A DNA stretch of 64,000 nt, from contig NW_026889774.1 in NCBI RefSeq assembly GCF_033153115.1, forward strand, positions 19,344,001 to 19,408,000. Reading direction: 5' to 3'. Both the position numbers and the translations under genes were made by a program. Below the pieces are notes generated by a model. That model saw nothing but the letters and a program-made list of their open reading frames with translations. It ran no database searches and was not told the DNA's origin. Source of the stretch: Saccostrea echinata (Eukaryota). Below are positions 25,422 to 37,600 of the stretch, piece by piece; positions within the stretch are counted from its first letter, which is position 1, and every line of letters begins with the position of its first letter.

Positions 25422-26550
25422 AAGAAAAATCACCCAAAAATTAACTGTTCTCTGTCTCCGTGACCCTCTTAATTAATCGTAATTAGGGTTGAAGGACTGA
25501 TGAAGATGGAGACGTGAAAAATTCAGCTTTATTTAAAGGGCGTAATTATATACGATAAGCTGACATTAAAAAGTATTCCACCAGCCATATCCTTTTTAAT
25601 GAAGCAGAAGGCATATATGGAAATCAAACTAAAAACAGTTGTTATAAATTCTTTTACCAAAGGGAAGTAGATCTTGACATTATTGTATAATTTTTTTTAT
25701 ATCAATTATACATATATAATCAAGTTATAGTGTATTATGTTTTATGTAAATAAAATTAAAATACACTTTCGGGTGCATTGATTCCTATTTATTGAGGCGA
25801 CGCTGTGAATACTCATTGTTCGCTGATGCCAGTCAATCAACACCTGACTACAATAGGTAAAATTTGTTCAACGAAAATGATATTGCATCCCTAGCGAAAA
25901 TAAATTTATTATGTAAAACACCTGTAAACAACAAAAACATTTTTACTTCTAATATAATTACATATAGCACATGAATTGCCTTCCCGGTTCGGTATTTTGG
26001 ATGTCTCTGAAAAGTGTACAAGGTAATTCCCGGAAAATTTTCACACCACTCGGCACACCTCTGCGGATTCGTACCTTTTATAAAGGTGACAGAATTACCC
26101 GAGGTTTGCCGAATGATAATCACACAAACAAGCATTGTGACGTCATACTATATGACGAAACAAAACATTATCAACCAAACACAAAGGGCTGCGTAAAGAG
26201 TAAGTATAAATTCTCTGTATCTTTATAGTTTGAAATTCTAGAGAAATGGCATTTTTGAAATAGAAAAAAGTTATGAGTTGTAAATGCTTGCTTTTTCTCT
26301 TAAACCCGAGTACCTAACATCCAAATACCCCTTATATAGCTCAATTAATGATTATGCTTAGAAAAGGGATGGAAACGTCAGCTTCAGCTATTTTGGTCTA
26401 TTGTAGCTTGCTTTTATAAGAAAATATAATGGGTATGGATGACGGTCTTGTGTGGCAATTTTTTTTCTCAGACCAGATCTGCAGTTTATTGGTCCTCCTT
26501 TCTAATCTATAGTATAGTATTTGAGGAAATCATCCCTCCGACCATTCACT

Positions 26551-26901
26551 TATTGCATCGTTTTTGAAAGTTGGGGGGGGGGGGGGCAGCCAGAGAAAAA
26601 ATTTCAACTTACCTGAAAAAGAAAACTTGACAAGCAAAAAAAAAAAAAGGAAAATTGAAAATATCCGAACTCGAAAATCCTTTTTCTTGGAAGGGGGGGG
26701 GGGGGGGGCTTAAGTTCCAACTTCTTTCAGTACCAAATTTTATTCATACCTACTACAAAACACTTATTTGACTATTCTACAACAAAAGGGGGGGGGGAGC
26801 AACAGGCCTTTCAATTAACATTTCAAATAGTAAAAAAAGTCTGGAAAAAAGTGGGGGGTCAACCCCCCCCCCCCCACTGTTGCTACGTGACTGTATTGCA
26901 C
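26551..26901. mobile_element. G/C-run-rich non-autonomous element with a truncated left end
   Basis: Several long G runs and one C run, ends tgctacgtgactg, TATTGCA on both sides. Confidence 0.45.
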
Positions 26902-27301
26902 AGACCAGCAATAAATAAGATTCATGTAATCCATTCATATGTGTTCCTGTATCAGTTTTTGAACCAGTAAACTGACCAATATGGATATCAGATCTAGAAA
27001 TTAATCACTCGCAAAAATAACATTTCAATTAGTGCCTTAAGAATCTCACTTACTGATCTAATGACCAAACAACATGCATGTAACAGGCGTGCTTAATTCA
27101 ATTAAATGAGGCAAATCCTTAAACTTAACTCCTAAGATATCATTTTGTCTCCAGAAGTACATGCATGTAGATTTAAACTTGAGAGCTTAATTATTCCCTT
27201 TTTAAACTAATTACAGTTCTGAGCATGAATTACATGTATAATGTTTAGACTGTGTAAGTGAATTTCTTTCTTGTTTTGTCAATTAGTCAATCTATTTATA
27301 A

Positions 27302-28713
27302 AGCCCCGTTCACATGCACCCATTTCCTTTCAAGTGTAAACTTCACACATATGCAAATTTTACTCATGGTACGGTATGTAATTGTAATTTTTGCGATGTG
27401 TTCACATGTGCCAGTAAACTGTGTGTATTAAAGGTGCTTAGACACAGATGTGAACTTAATATTTTCTCAAATTTTCTGTATAATATCACGAATTATATAT
27501 TGCAATAGAATTTCACAAAATACAATTAAAAACTTATTTTATCTGGAAATTATTGGAACTACGAATTCCGGGACGCTTTTGATTAACACATCTCTGCACT
27601 TACACGAATTTTAACTTTATCCTTAATATTTAAAAGAAGAAGCGATTTTTTTTTATGTATTAATGAAAAATATTACATCTATAATCAAGAAAATTCAGAG
27701 TAGAAATGTTCGAAAGCAAAACCAACTCACCAGTATTGTCAGTCCGTGCTCTGTGATGTGTACAGAGTTTAACAAATTGAACACGCCCGAAAAACGTAAA
27801 CTGTTTTTGCAAACAGGGCAAGAGCTCTGTTATTGTTAATGTTTACGATTCACCAGGTGTGTTCAATTGTTAAACTCTGCACACACCACTGAGCACGGAC
27901 TTACAATACTGTGAGCGGGTTTTGCTTTCGAACATTTCTACTCTGAATTTTCTGGGTAATAGTTTTAATATTTTTCATTAATACACAACAAAATTGCCAC
28001 TTTTCTTAAGTATTAAGAATAAAATTAAAATATATGAAAGCGCAAGGATGTGTCAATCCAACGCGTCCAGAAATTCGAAGTTTTAATAACTTCGAGATGA
28101 AATAAGATTTTTATTATATTTTAGTATGAAATGCTATAGCAACATATAAGTCATGAAATTATACAGAAAATTTGAGAAAATATTAACTTCAAATCTGTGT
28201 CCAAGCATTTCCAAGCACTCTAGAAAAAAAGTTGGATGACTTGTTTTATATTTTCTAATTATTTTTTCATCTCTTTGTTCCTGTTATATACCAAGGAGAA
28301 AATTTGCTTCTTCAGCAGTCTATGCAGTTCCTCTTCTACTCTCCATTTCTTGTTCAAATCAATGCTACTCAAAACTATATTTGAATTTATCAACACGTCA
28401 TAATGTCACTCTTTATGATATAATATAAAATGCAATTTTTAAAAATGTGATGTATTGTTTTACAGACAATTTCAATATCTGGTATATTTTGCTACGCATT
28501 CATGAAAATACAAAAGGACTAAATTTATTACTCATATGTAAAAGTTAATTTGCAATGCCCTAAATGACTATAAATTTGCACTAGAAGTAGAAACACTCGC
28601 GTGCAAATCTTGCTTACCCTCGCCATGCGCTAAAATACAACCGGGAGCAAAATTTGCGTATATGTACAATTTTTTTTCAAACCGTGTGTAAATTGGCGCA
28701 TGTGAACGGGGCT
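27302..28713. mobile_element. Non-autonomous TIR element (PIF/Harbinger-like ends) with a nested foldback
   Basis: TIRs AGCCCCGTTCACATGCACC and GGCGCATGTGAACGGGGCT. Target-site duplication not preserved. Confidence 0.75.
27428..28210. repeat. ~780-bp imperfect palindrome (foldback MITE)
   Basis: Arms ~27435-27801 and ~27841-28207 are reverse complements (e.g. gaaaattcagagtagaaatgttcgaaagcaaaacc / ggttttgctttcgaacatttctactctgaattttc). Starts TTAAAGG. Confidence 0.9.
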
Positions 28714-28810
28714 GTCGACGTCAATCATCACCACATATGTACATTGTATTTTATTTCAAATCAATATTTTATTCGTTAATTTTTGGGTCTAATTCCAGCA
28801 ATGGCATTAT

Positions 28811-30005
28811 TTCCGGATTTCAGTAGCCTAAAATCGGAACACTTCTAGTATACCGGTCCCTATAAATATGGCGCTAAAATAGGTGCCGCCGAAGGCGGTG
28901 TACAATATAATACGATCGCGTGAGCGATCGACAAAATCGATAAAAAAGGCCACAAATCGCAAAATTGAGCCAAAAATCGTGTTCCTTGTGAAAAATTGGG
29001 TTTAAAAAACTGGTTTTTAAACACAGTTTTTTAAATGAGAATTAAAAGGTTTTGTAAAATAACGTACTTGTTTAGTAGATAAAACTCCATTTTGCGTTGT
29101 TTAGGAATGTGGTCACATGATCAGCTTTTGACGTAATCTCATAAATATTCATGACGTGCGTCACTTGTGTTTTGACGTAATGAAGACTTATGAAGAAGTA
29201 GTTGATAGGACTCAAAGTGAAATGCTACTAAAATTGCAAGATTTTTGTGAGAAATGCAGGGATTTAACAAGTGATAACTAATTACTAGTAATTGGTTGAT
29301 TGAATTGTGCATCACCATTGATTTGAAAGAAAAAATATTCTGAATATGGACATTAGGAGGTTAGGATATCGAGCTAAGTAAACGGTAAGTCGCTTTTACC
29401 AATTACTTGCCAAAACTTAGCGCACCATATCGGGCACGTTTCAACATTAGACCAAGGCTAATTCATCCAAGTTTCGCAAAACTTTCCTGTTCTTCCGGTT
29501 CTTTGTAAGCAAAAATTGTATGAATAACTTCAATAAGCCCAAAGTGATATAGATGCGAGCATGGGTGAATGTAAAACAGTTACAATATCCGAGCTATTTA
29601 TATTCTAACCCTAATCCGTAGGTCGCATACAGTGCCATATTTAATTAACGGTTTGTTTAAGTTTTGCATGTTTCATGCTTTACTCCTATAAAATGGTATA
29701 TCGGCACGGTTCGACATTAGGCTGATTCATGCAAGTTTTTGGTCACAAAAGGCACTTGGCAGTGCCTTTTGTAAGCAAAAATTACATGAATTAGCCCGAA
29801 GTCAGGAAGATTTAAGAGTGGATTTATAAAACAGTTCCAATCTTAAAACAATATACCCTAACCCTAATCACTCGATCGAATGCGTTTTGTTGAAGCGAGG
29901 GGAAAATGGCGGTTTGTTTACATTCTGCATAGCAACGGCAAGGGAAATAACTGCTCATGCGCAATCGCGTGATTCTGGGGACCGGCATACTAGAAACTTC
30001 CCGGC
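28811..30005. mobile_element. Helentron/HINE-like non-autonomous element with two internal ~270-bp repeats
   Basis: Subterminal inverted repeats TTCTAGTATACCGGTCCC (28843-28860) and GGGACCGGCATACTAGAA (29978-29995), terminal hairpin 28811-28839, T-rich flanks. Diverged tandem units ~29427-29696 and ~29697-29935, each with TAACCCTAA. Confidence 0.65.
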
Positions 30006-30125
30006 TTTTTTAAAGTAATGTAGTCCTTTAACTTTTAACTAATTTCACACTGACGTTCTTGACTTACGGTCGTATCAATAAAAAAATGTATGCTTGGGAC
30101 TGTAAAAAGAGAAATATATTGTGTA

Positions 30126-30230
30126 TGACGTCATAAAAACACACATATACACCACAAGAACGTAACAATCAATGTGACGTAACAATTATCACTACAACAA
30201 AAGTGGATGCGGATGTCGGACATATTGGCG
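30126..30230 (+). promoter_or_regulatory. Putative CRE-containing promoter and non-coding first exon of the orphan gene
   Basis: Perfect TGACGTCA at 30126-30133, TGACGTAA at 30175, candidate donor GTAAAA at 30231, acceptor TAG at 30312-30314 just before the ATG exon. Confidence 0.45.
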
Positions 30231-30320
30231 GTAAAATTCACGACTGAATTGAAATTTTTTGTTTTTGTTGATAGGAGGTAAAATATGCTCATAAATATGC
30301 CTTTTTGTTTGTAGAAAATC

Positions 30321-33300
30321 ATGGATGTTGAGTTGGATTTCGGGAATGAGGCAGTTAAAGATGTGGTAAGTAGTTCGACATAAGTTACACATCTTGCACA
30401 TCAATTATGAAAGTATTTTTTGCGACGAAATAACTGCATGGTAACTACCTTTTACAACAAGTACAGATAAAATTGTTCGTTAACAAAAATCATGATTGTC
30501 ATCATTCCATTGAAGTAAGAAAACTCAAAGGTATTAATTAATGTTGGTTGCAATCACCACAGTACAAAATATATGTAAATCTTATTTGCATTGTTTACAC
30601 TGAAGAAATATGACAAACATTCATACAAATCTCAAATACTATGTGGTTTTTTGAATAAGTATGTAATGTTTAAGTGTTTTTAAATTAGCCTGAAATAAAG
30701 AAAATTCTCAAAATTACATCGGTGTTGTGTTTTCAGGATACCAAATTACACATTTTGAAATTCGGCTATAGCTGGGTGGAGGAAGTTGAGAAGGAAGAAA
30801 GACTTATGAAGGTACATGTATTCAGCGTATCTAGACTTATGAAGGTACATATATTCACATCGTCGGTAACCCACGGGTGATTCACATCGATTCGTGGACT
30901 CAAAACCGTGGTTTGCGACGATGATGTATTCAGCGTATCTAGACTTATGAAGGTACATGTATTCAGCATATCTAGAAATGTCTTGTCACTCTTGTGTACA
31001 CAGTAACACAGTACAGTTCTAACAAGACTTAGTTCACAATTTGATTTCCTTAAAATTTATGGCACTATAGTATTTTTCATTACACATTTAAGCATATAAG
31101 CTATTTTGTGAATGAAATAAATGAAGTAAAACGTCCTTTTGAATCTGTTTTCTAGGAAGTCAAAGAACCAGTTTTAGAACAAAAAGATAAACAGAAGAAT
31201 AAATGCCAAATAAAACCGTTCACAAAAGAGACAAAGGAAATTACCAGGTAAAACTAGAAGTCTGTCAGTCTGTAGGATTATAATAATACTAAATTCTATA
31301 TGTTATATTAATACTGTATATTTTATATAAATTTTGCGTAAAATTGGCATCATACAGTAAATTCAAAATTTACGATACGACATTTTCATAACAAGTATTG
31401 ACTCTTGCAGAGAGCCACTCCTGGATTTCGGCGATGGACCGGTGGTAGATTTGGTAAATAAACAATTTGCTTTGTTTTGTTATTGTTGCATTTTTTAATT
31501 CACATGGTTTTGTGAAAGATACTTAAAAAGTTTTCCCATTAATTACATGTATATGTAACCATGCTTTTTCATGATTATATTGAGTAATTATGTATGGATA
31601 AAATGGATATGATTTTCAAATACAACCCCATCGAGAAGTTTTATTAAATATTATTTCACCAAATTTAACTTTGGATGTTTTTATTTAAGGACGCAAAATT
31701 AGAAATACTAAAGTTTCCGTACAGTTGGGCGGAGAAAGTTGAAGAGGAAGAGAGAGGAACAAAGGTAAAAAAAAAAGCCTCTTTTTCTCATAGTTACATT
31801 CGTAGACAAATTCACGTCTGTGTATTAAAGGAAGTCTTATAATTAATTTGTAAATGGAGCACAAAACAAATAAAGTTATGTTTAGGTACATATCTATTGA
31901 GGAGAATGAATTAATGATGAGGTTTCCTAATGATTTATAGAATACGTATGAAGGAGTATAAATGATAATTAAATACTTGAGTAATATTAATGATATTGTT
32001 AAATTTTGTTTGAATTTTAAATATCATCGCGGATTTACGGTCACTTCATAGCAAAAAAGGTCCATTTGAAATGAAGTATTTCTTAATCTGTTTTTGTAGG
32101 AAGTCAATGAACCAGCCTTAAAACAAGAGAGCGAACCCAGCGTTAAGATTTTCAGAGAAGAGAGAAACGAAATTCCCAGGTAATACCATAACTCTGTCGC
32201 ACTGTAATAGTATTGATTTATAAAATTCGAATCTCACGATAATACTCGATTGTTTCTCCGCATATTTAGTTTGCTATATTTGTAAATTTAACGTACACTA
32301 AACAGCAAATGTATCTAGTAAAATCGCAGTTACAATGACAATTTGATAGTATGCTCATTTTTTTTTTTATAACAGAGAGCCACTCTCGGATTTCGGCGAT
32401 CGACCGGTTACTAATTTGGTAAGTAAACCTGATATATTTTGTTGTTGCTGTTTATTTAATTAATATGAATTAGTGTAAGATACTGAAAAAGCGTCATTTA
32501 TAGAATTTAGTATATAGAATGTAGTTATGGTGATATGGGTCAACCGTGCTTTTTCATGATTGGAAGTTTCTAACTTTATGATGTACTGAACTAAAGTGAT
32601 GCTAATTGTTTTGTAGAATTATTTTCAATTTAACGTTGGGTGTTATAATTTTTAGGAAGAAAAATTAGAAATACTCAAGTTTCCCTACAACTGGGCAGAG
32701 AAAGTGGAAGAAGAAGAGAGAGAAACAAAGGTATGGATTTATTTTTCATATTTAAATTAAACTGATGTCACTTGTTTTTAAAATCAACAATCAATAAATC
32801 AAATGTCAATACTTTTAAAAAAAAAATATTAGTGTTTCTACTTTGTCAATTAAAATTGTTCAATTTTCTTAATATCACTTACATGCTTTACGGATTTGAA
32901 ACTTAGCAGTTAGACCACTCTAATAGTCTAACAGGATAAAAGAATGATAAAAATACTTAAAAAAGAAATTTTTACTTCATATAAATAAAAAAATAATTAA
33001 AATACTGATTCTTTAAAACACCCAATCATTTATTTTTTTTAGCTCTTATGCAACGAAGAAGATGAAAATGAAAATGACAACTACTTTGTTCCAAGAAGAC
33101 TTTTTCTTTTTGGAGTCGAAGAGTTCAAGGTACTTTTATTGTAAAAGATACATTTGAAATAATTTAAAACCGCATCACTTGTGTGTTCAAAAGGGTGAAT
33201 TAATTTTTATACCTTCCTTAATCAGTCAACATCATACACGCTTAACATTTTTTGTCAACCATAATATCCAGATGTCTAAAAATCGCAATATCCTTCATAA

Positions 33301-33817
33301 TTTAATGATGGGGCCCGACTCCTTGTCCATGATGGTTACAAAGTCCCCATTTTCTGGCCAACAGGTGTAAAATCAGACTATAATCTTTTATTTCAAAATA
33401 TTTTGAATCTCTGCAAATGAAAACTCTTGGATTCTTAAAGTAACAATTTTCCTCACCAAACAGTTATTGGAAGAATTTTTAGTGCATGCATGCAATTTAA
33501 TTGTAAATATAATTGTCCATCTGGCTATAAGATTGTTTTTTTTTTTTATAGAGCGATTTGAAGCAGTCAATCAAAAACACCAAACAACCCGATGTTCCTG
33601 AGAAATCAACTGATATGGTCTGCTCTAAATATGATTCTGTAGCAAAAGTGGTAAGTTAATGAAATAATAGCATCCAAAACATACTATGACAAAATAATTG
33701 CGTACAAAATTGTAAGTGTGAGAAATTCATGCATTTCTCATATTTTCTTTTCAGGCAACTATCAGAAAGAGAAATAGTATCGGCAGAAAAATCAAGACAT
33801 TCCTTGGACTCAGATAA
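30321..33817 (+). CDS. Uncharacterised 289-aa charged repeat protein encoded by 12 short exons
   Basis: Exons 30321-30365, 30737-30811, 31156-31247, 31411-31453, 31690-31764, 32100-32179, 32376-32418, 32656-32730, 33043-33129, 33272-33364, 33552-33650, 33755-33817. All GT-AG, phases match, 870 nt with no internal stop. Begins MDVELDFGNEAVKDVDTKLHILKFGYSWVEEVEKEER, ends RKRNSIGRKIKTFLGLR*. AATAAA at 33851, 33905, 33971. Confidence 0.85.
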
Positions 33818-34620
33818 AAGGAAAAATAGCAATGCAGTGTATATTTCTGAAATAAACATGGACGAAAGTACTTCAAGACTTTTTTTGGTTAAACTTCATC
33901 ATCAAATAAAAAAAATACCCATCTATTTATTTCTGTGTTTCTGTTTTCTTTTATGTTTTCTTTCATTTACAATAAATAAGGCCATTATTAGACTAAACAT
34001 TTTATATTATGTATAATCATTTGAAAATTAATGAATATTTTTTCAAATTAGGTCAAGTTTTGGACATAAAAAGTACACCAATTTTTCTTTAATAATCCGA
34101 CATGTACAATAAAGAAGAAAACGGATTTATCTTAAGACTTTGCTTTTCAACATTCGTTCAACGTAAGAATTTGTATTCCCTGTTTTTTTGTCTGAAACTT
34201 GCCAGTATTTCATATTTTCTAAGTACCATGTGGAATGTGGAACAAGATTACAACACCGTGACATAGATCATGTTATTTTAGTTTATTTGTTAGGTATAAT
34301 ATTCACTATTCCTGGCTTGTCAATAACATACGGGTAACATGTAATTAGATGATCTGTTTGATACTTTGATCAATGTACATGTAGACATCCCAAGATGATG
34401 AGGTTACACGGTTATACAAGAATACACACACTGATATGAATACTTACTTGAAATATACCATTCACCATGTCAATGAAAATATCTACAATGTATAGTTTGT
34501 TGAGAAGTACAAGAGACTAAATACTCAACGGAATCTATTAACTGTTAATTTCACTCCCAACTTAATATTCAGAGATTTCGAACAACAACTTTGTACAATT
34601 CAAGAACCCTGTCCTACTTT

Positions 34621-37600
34621 TCATTCCTTAGTCTCGTCATTTTCAAACGCTGGATTACTGAACTGAACATTCGGTTTCTGAGGTTCAACTTTAGCTGTTC
34701 CATTTTCCACCACTTCCTGAACTTTAGCTGTTCCATTTTCCACCACTTCTTGAACTTTAGCTGTTCCATTTTCCACCACTCCTTTATCCGATGTCTGCCC
34801 ATTCTGTCCTGTTCCTTGATCTATATCCACTGTGTGTTGTTCTGGTCTCCCGTTTGGTATGATTTCTGTATTTGGTTTGACAAAGGTAGTTTGAAGTGGA
34901 GTGTATTTTTCCATAGGAGGTTGAGACTGATCGGAGAGACTACTTTTAATGTAACCATTTGTTCCATTTATCTTTTGGCTTCTAGCTTTGTTTTCTTCAC
35001 TGTACCTTCCCACCTGATTTTCTGGCAAAGCTGGTCCCCAATTCTTTTCAGGAGAGGTTATTTTGACCAGCAACTAAAAAAATGTTTAAGGACGCATTTG
35101 ATTACTGCAACTCCACAAATTGCATGTTTCAGACATGATTTTTTAAATTCATGAAAAGTCTTTTTTTGTGATCTTTTAAATTCGATAGTAATTTCGACTG
35201 CAAATATTCTAAAGGAATTATCGCGATACAAAATTATCATTCGCATGTCTCATCGCAAGGACAGTTTTAGTGCAAACTCTTTTTTTTTTTAAACTTACAT
35301 CATATACCAAACTCCCCATTGATTTCTTTTATTTCATAGAAATTGGTGAAAATTCGTATATAAAGAATGAGATTATTAAATTATACCCTTCCAAGTCCAT
35401 TTCTGAAGGCCTCGAAGAAGAATATGACTGGAATCCATATTAGTGGCGCCAGTACCATAAGCCAGCCCAGTGCCTGACCAAAGTCCGGATAAACGTAACT
35501 TCCGTCTGTGGCTGGTTTGGTCTGAACAGCTTTGAAAATTATCACAGCCTGTTCGAAAATTAAATTTTTGACTTAACTTTTCATTGATTTTTTTTTATAA
35601 CGAATATAAAAGACATATCAACAAGAAAAAAAGGCCAAATAGACAAAATGGAAAAAAGATATCAAAATCTTACAGGAATACAATACATGAATAGATTCAT
35701 CTAAGCATGTGTATCAAATTCGCAATGTCATCTACAGTAAAACATGAAAATGTTCAGAGTGAGCACGCTTAAAACGAATACCAGCTGGTTATAACAAAAT
35801 TAAGCAAAATTAATTTAAACAAACTTAATTTAATGGACGATTGGCTCTTCATCTGCTTACATTTAATGGATGTATATTTATCAATGCAGTTTCAATGCAA
35901 AATGTTCATCTCTGAGTATATACACATATTATGGAAAACTTACTAGTAGTGCCAAGGGTGAAATCAACAGCCACATGGTCGCAAAGTAGCCGAAAAATAT
36001 GTTGATAACAATGTTAGAACCCAGCATCATCTCAATATCTCTCTTGAAGCGGAAAAACCCTGAAAATTGTTAATTCTGAATCTTGAATTCTTTCTTACAT
36101 ACGATGTACGTATGTATGTCTGATAAAAAACATCCAATATCGATGCCAATTGAATGCTAAGTTTCAATTTAATTTCTCAAGGTTAAAAACTGCCGAATGG
36201 AGGAAAAAAATATGGAAATAGGATCCAGATTATACACACCGTAGATATAAATTATGGCGATGATTTCAAATAATCCGACAAACAAAAGCGGGAAACCTCC
36301 AACAAACGTGTCCATTAGGTTGAGAGTATATTCTCCACCCTGCAAAAAAGAGTACATTTTTTTCTGCCATTTTTTTTCAAAAGTGCAACGAAGGAAATTA
36401 ATTACTCCTCGACTGAAATCTTGAGAGAAAGTCACCATTTTTCTTAAATTTCAGTGGGCAAATATAAAATCCATAATTATGAAATATTGCCCCTGGTATG
36501 AAAATTATTTAAGCCTGTGAACAAGTGAATTGGGTTGGTGATCATTTTCTATATATTTTTACTGGGTATTACTTTCCTTCATCCTTCACAACGCAGGGGT
36601 TTTAACCACGAGTGGACTCAGGACCCCTGACGTTGTCCCGCTACTGAACTGTTCAGTAAAATCTTGATTACTTTTATTTTTAACACAGAATCACTGTTTA
36701 TTCAAATTAAATATATACCAAATAACAATCATTTCATTCTGGTACATTCCTATAGACTGGAACTAATAGAACATGACTACATGTAGCTTACTCTGCAAGT
36801 CATGGGTAAACCAAGGAGAAATGCGGTACCACAAATTCCGGCGCGGAATAAAATCAGCCTTTTTTTGTTTGTGAAGAAATGGGGAAACTCATCCACTATT
36901 CCGGTAATTACCGTCTCCGTGATCGAAAACTAAAATGATAAAAAGAGAACTTTTTTATTTCACAATTAATTAGGTTGATCTCATTTAATCCGTGCATTGC
37001 GTTTTAAGGAAAAATGTCCATTCTTGTCAAAAAGCAATATACATGTTAATTTGCTTGCTATCAGATAGTAATGGGTAAATGAACTAAGAAAAAAAGTTTA
37101 AGCACCTGTGAACTGAACCCAAGTGTAGCCATCATGAAGAAAAATAGAATAGCCCACAATGGAGCCACCTGCATCTGCGCAAGGGCTTCTGGATAAACCA
37201 CAAACGTAAGTCCAGGTCCTACAAATAAAATAAAAGCAATAATTTCCTTAAATTTTGCAAATTGTGTTACTCGGACATTTAAAGTTATTCATAGTCTGCG
37301 CACGTGAACGATTAAAAGTTTTCTTCTCATGCATCCATGACGCATCAAAAAGCATAACTTACTGCTCTCATACTAGAAAATATTTTTTTCCAAGAATATT
37401 ACATCTGTATTTGGTACCTCCTTTAACTACATTGTCCATTGTGACTCCTTTATAATCAGCCATGAATCCAAGTACTGAGAAGATCACAAATCCGGCATAG
37501 AAGCTAGTCAGGCAATTAATAAAGGGGACAACCAGCGAATCCCTAAAAATAATTATTACAGTAAAAGAATAATGATACTACTACAGTGACTAATACAATT

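Noticed and set aside
25494-25530. CTGATGA...GAAA hammerhead-like string in the SLC6-A 3'UTR
   Set aside because: No convincing stem I, II or III pairing.
29600-29870. TAACCC motifs as interstitial telomere
   Set aside because: Only 1-2 units, at equivalent positions in the two internal repeats of a Helentron-like element.
30746-30969. Minus-strand ORFs with MYLHKSRYAEY repeats
   Set aside because: Produced by the triplicated donor region of the plus-strand orphan gene.
34591-35154. 187-aa plus-strand ORF with [10 protein letters not shown] repeats
   Set aside because: Antisense shadow of the SLC6-B last exon and its 33-bp repeat.
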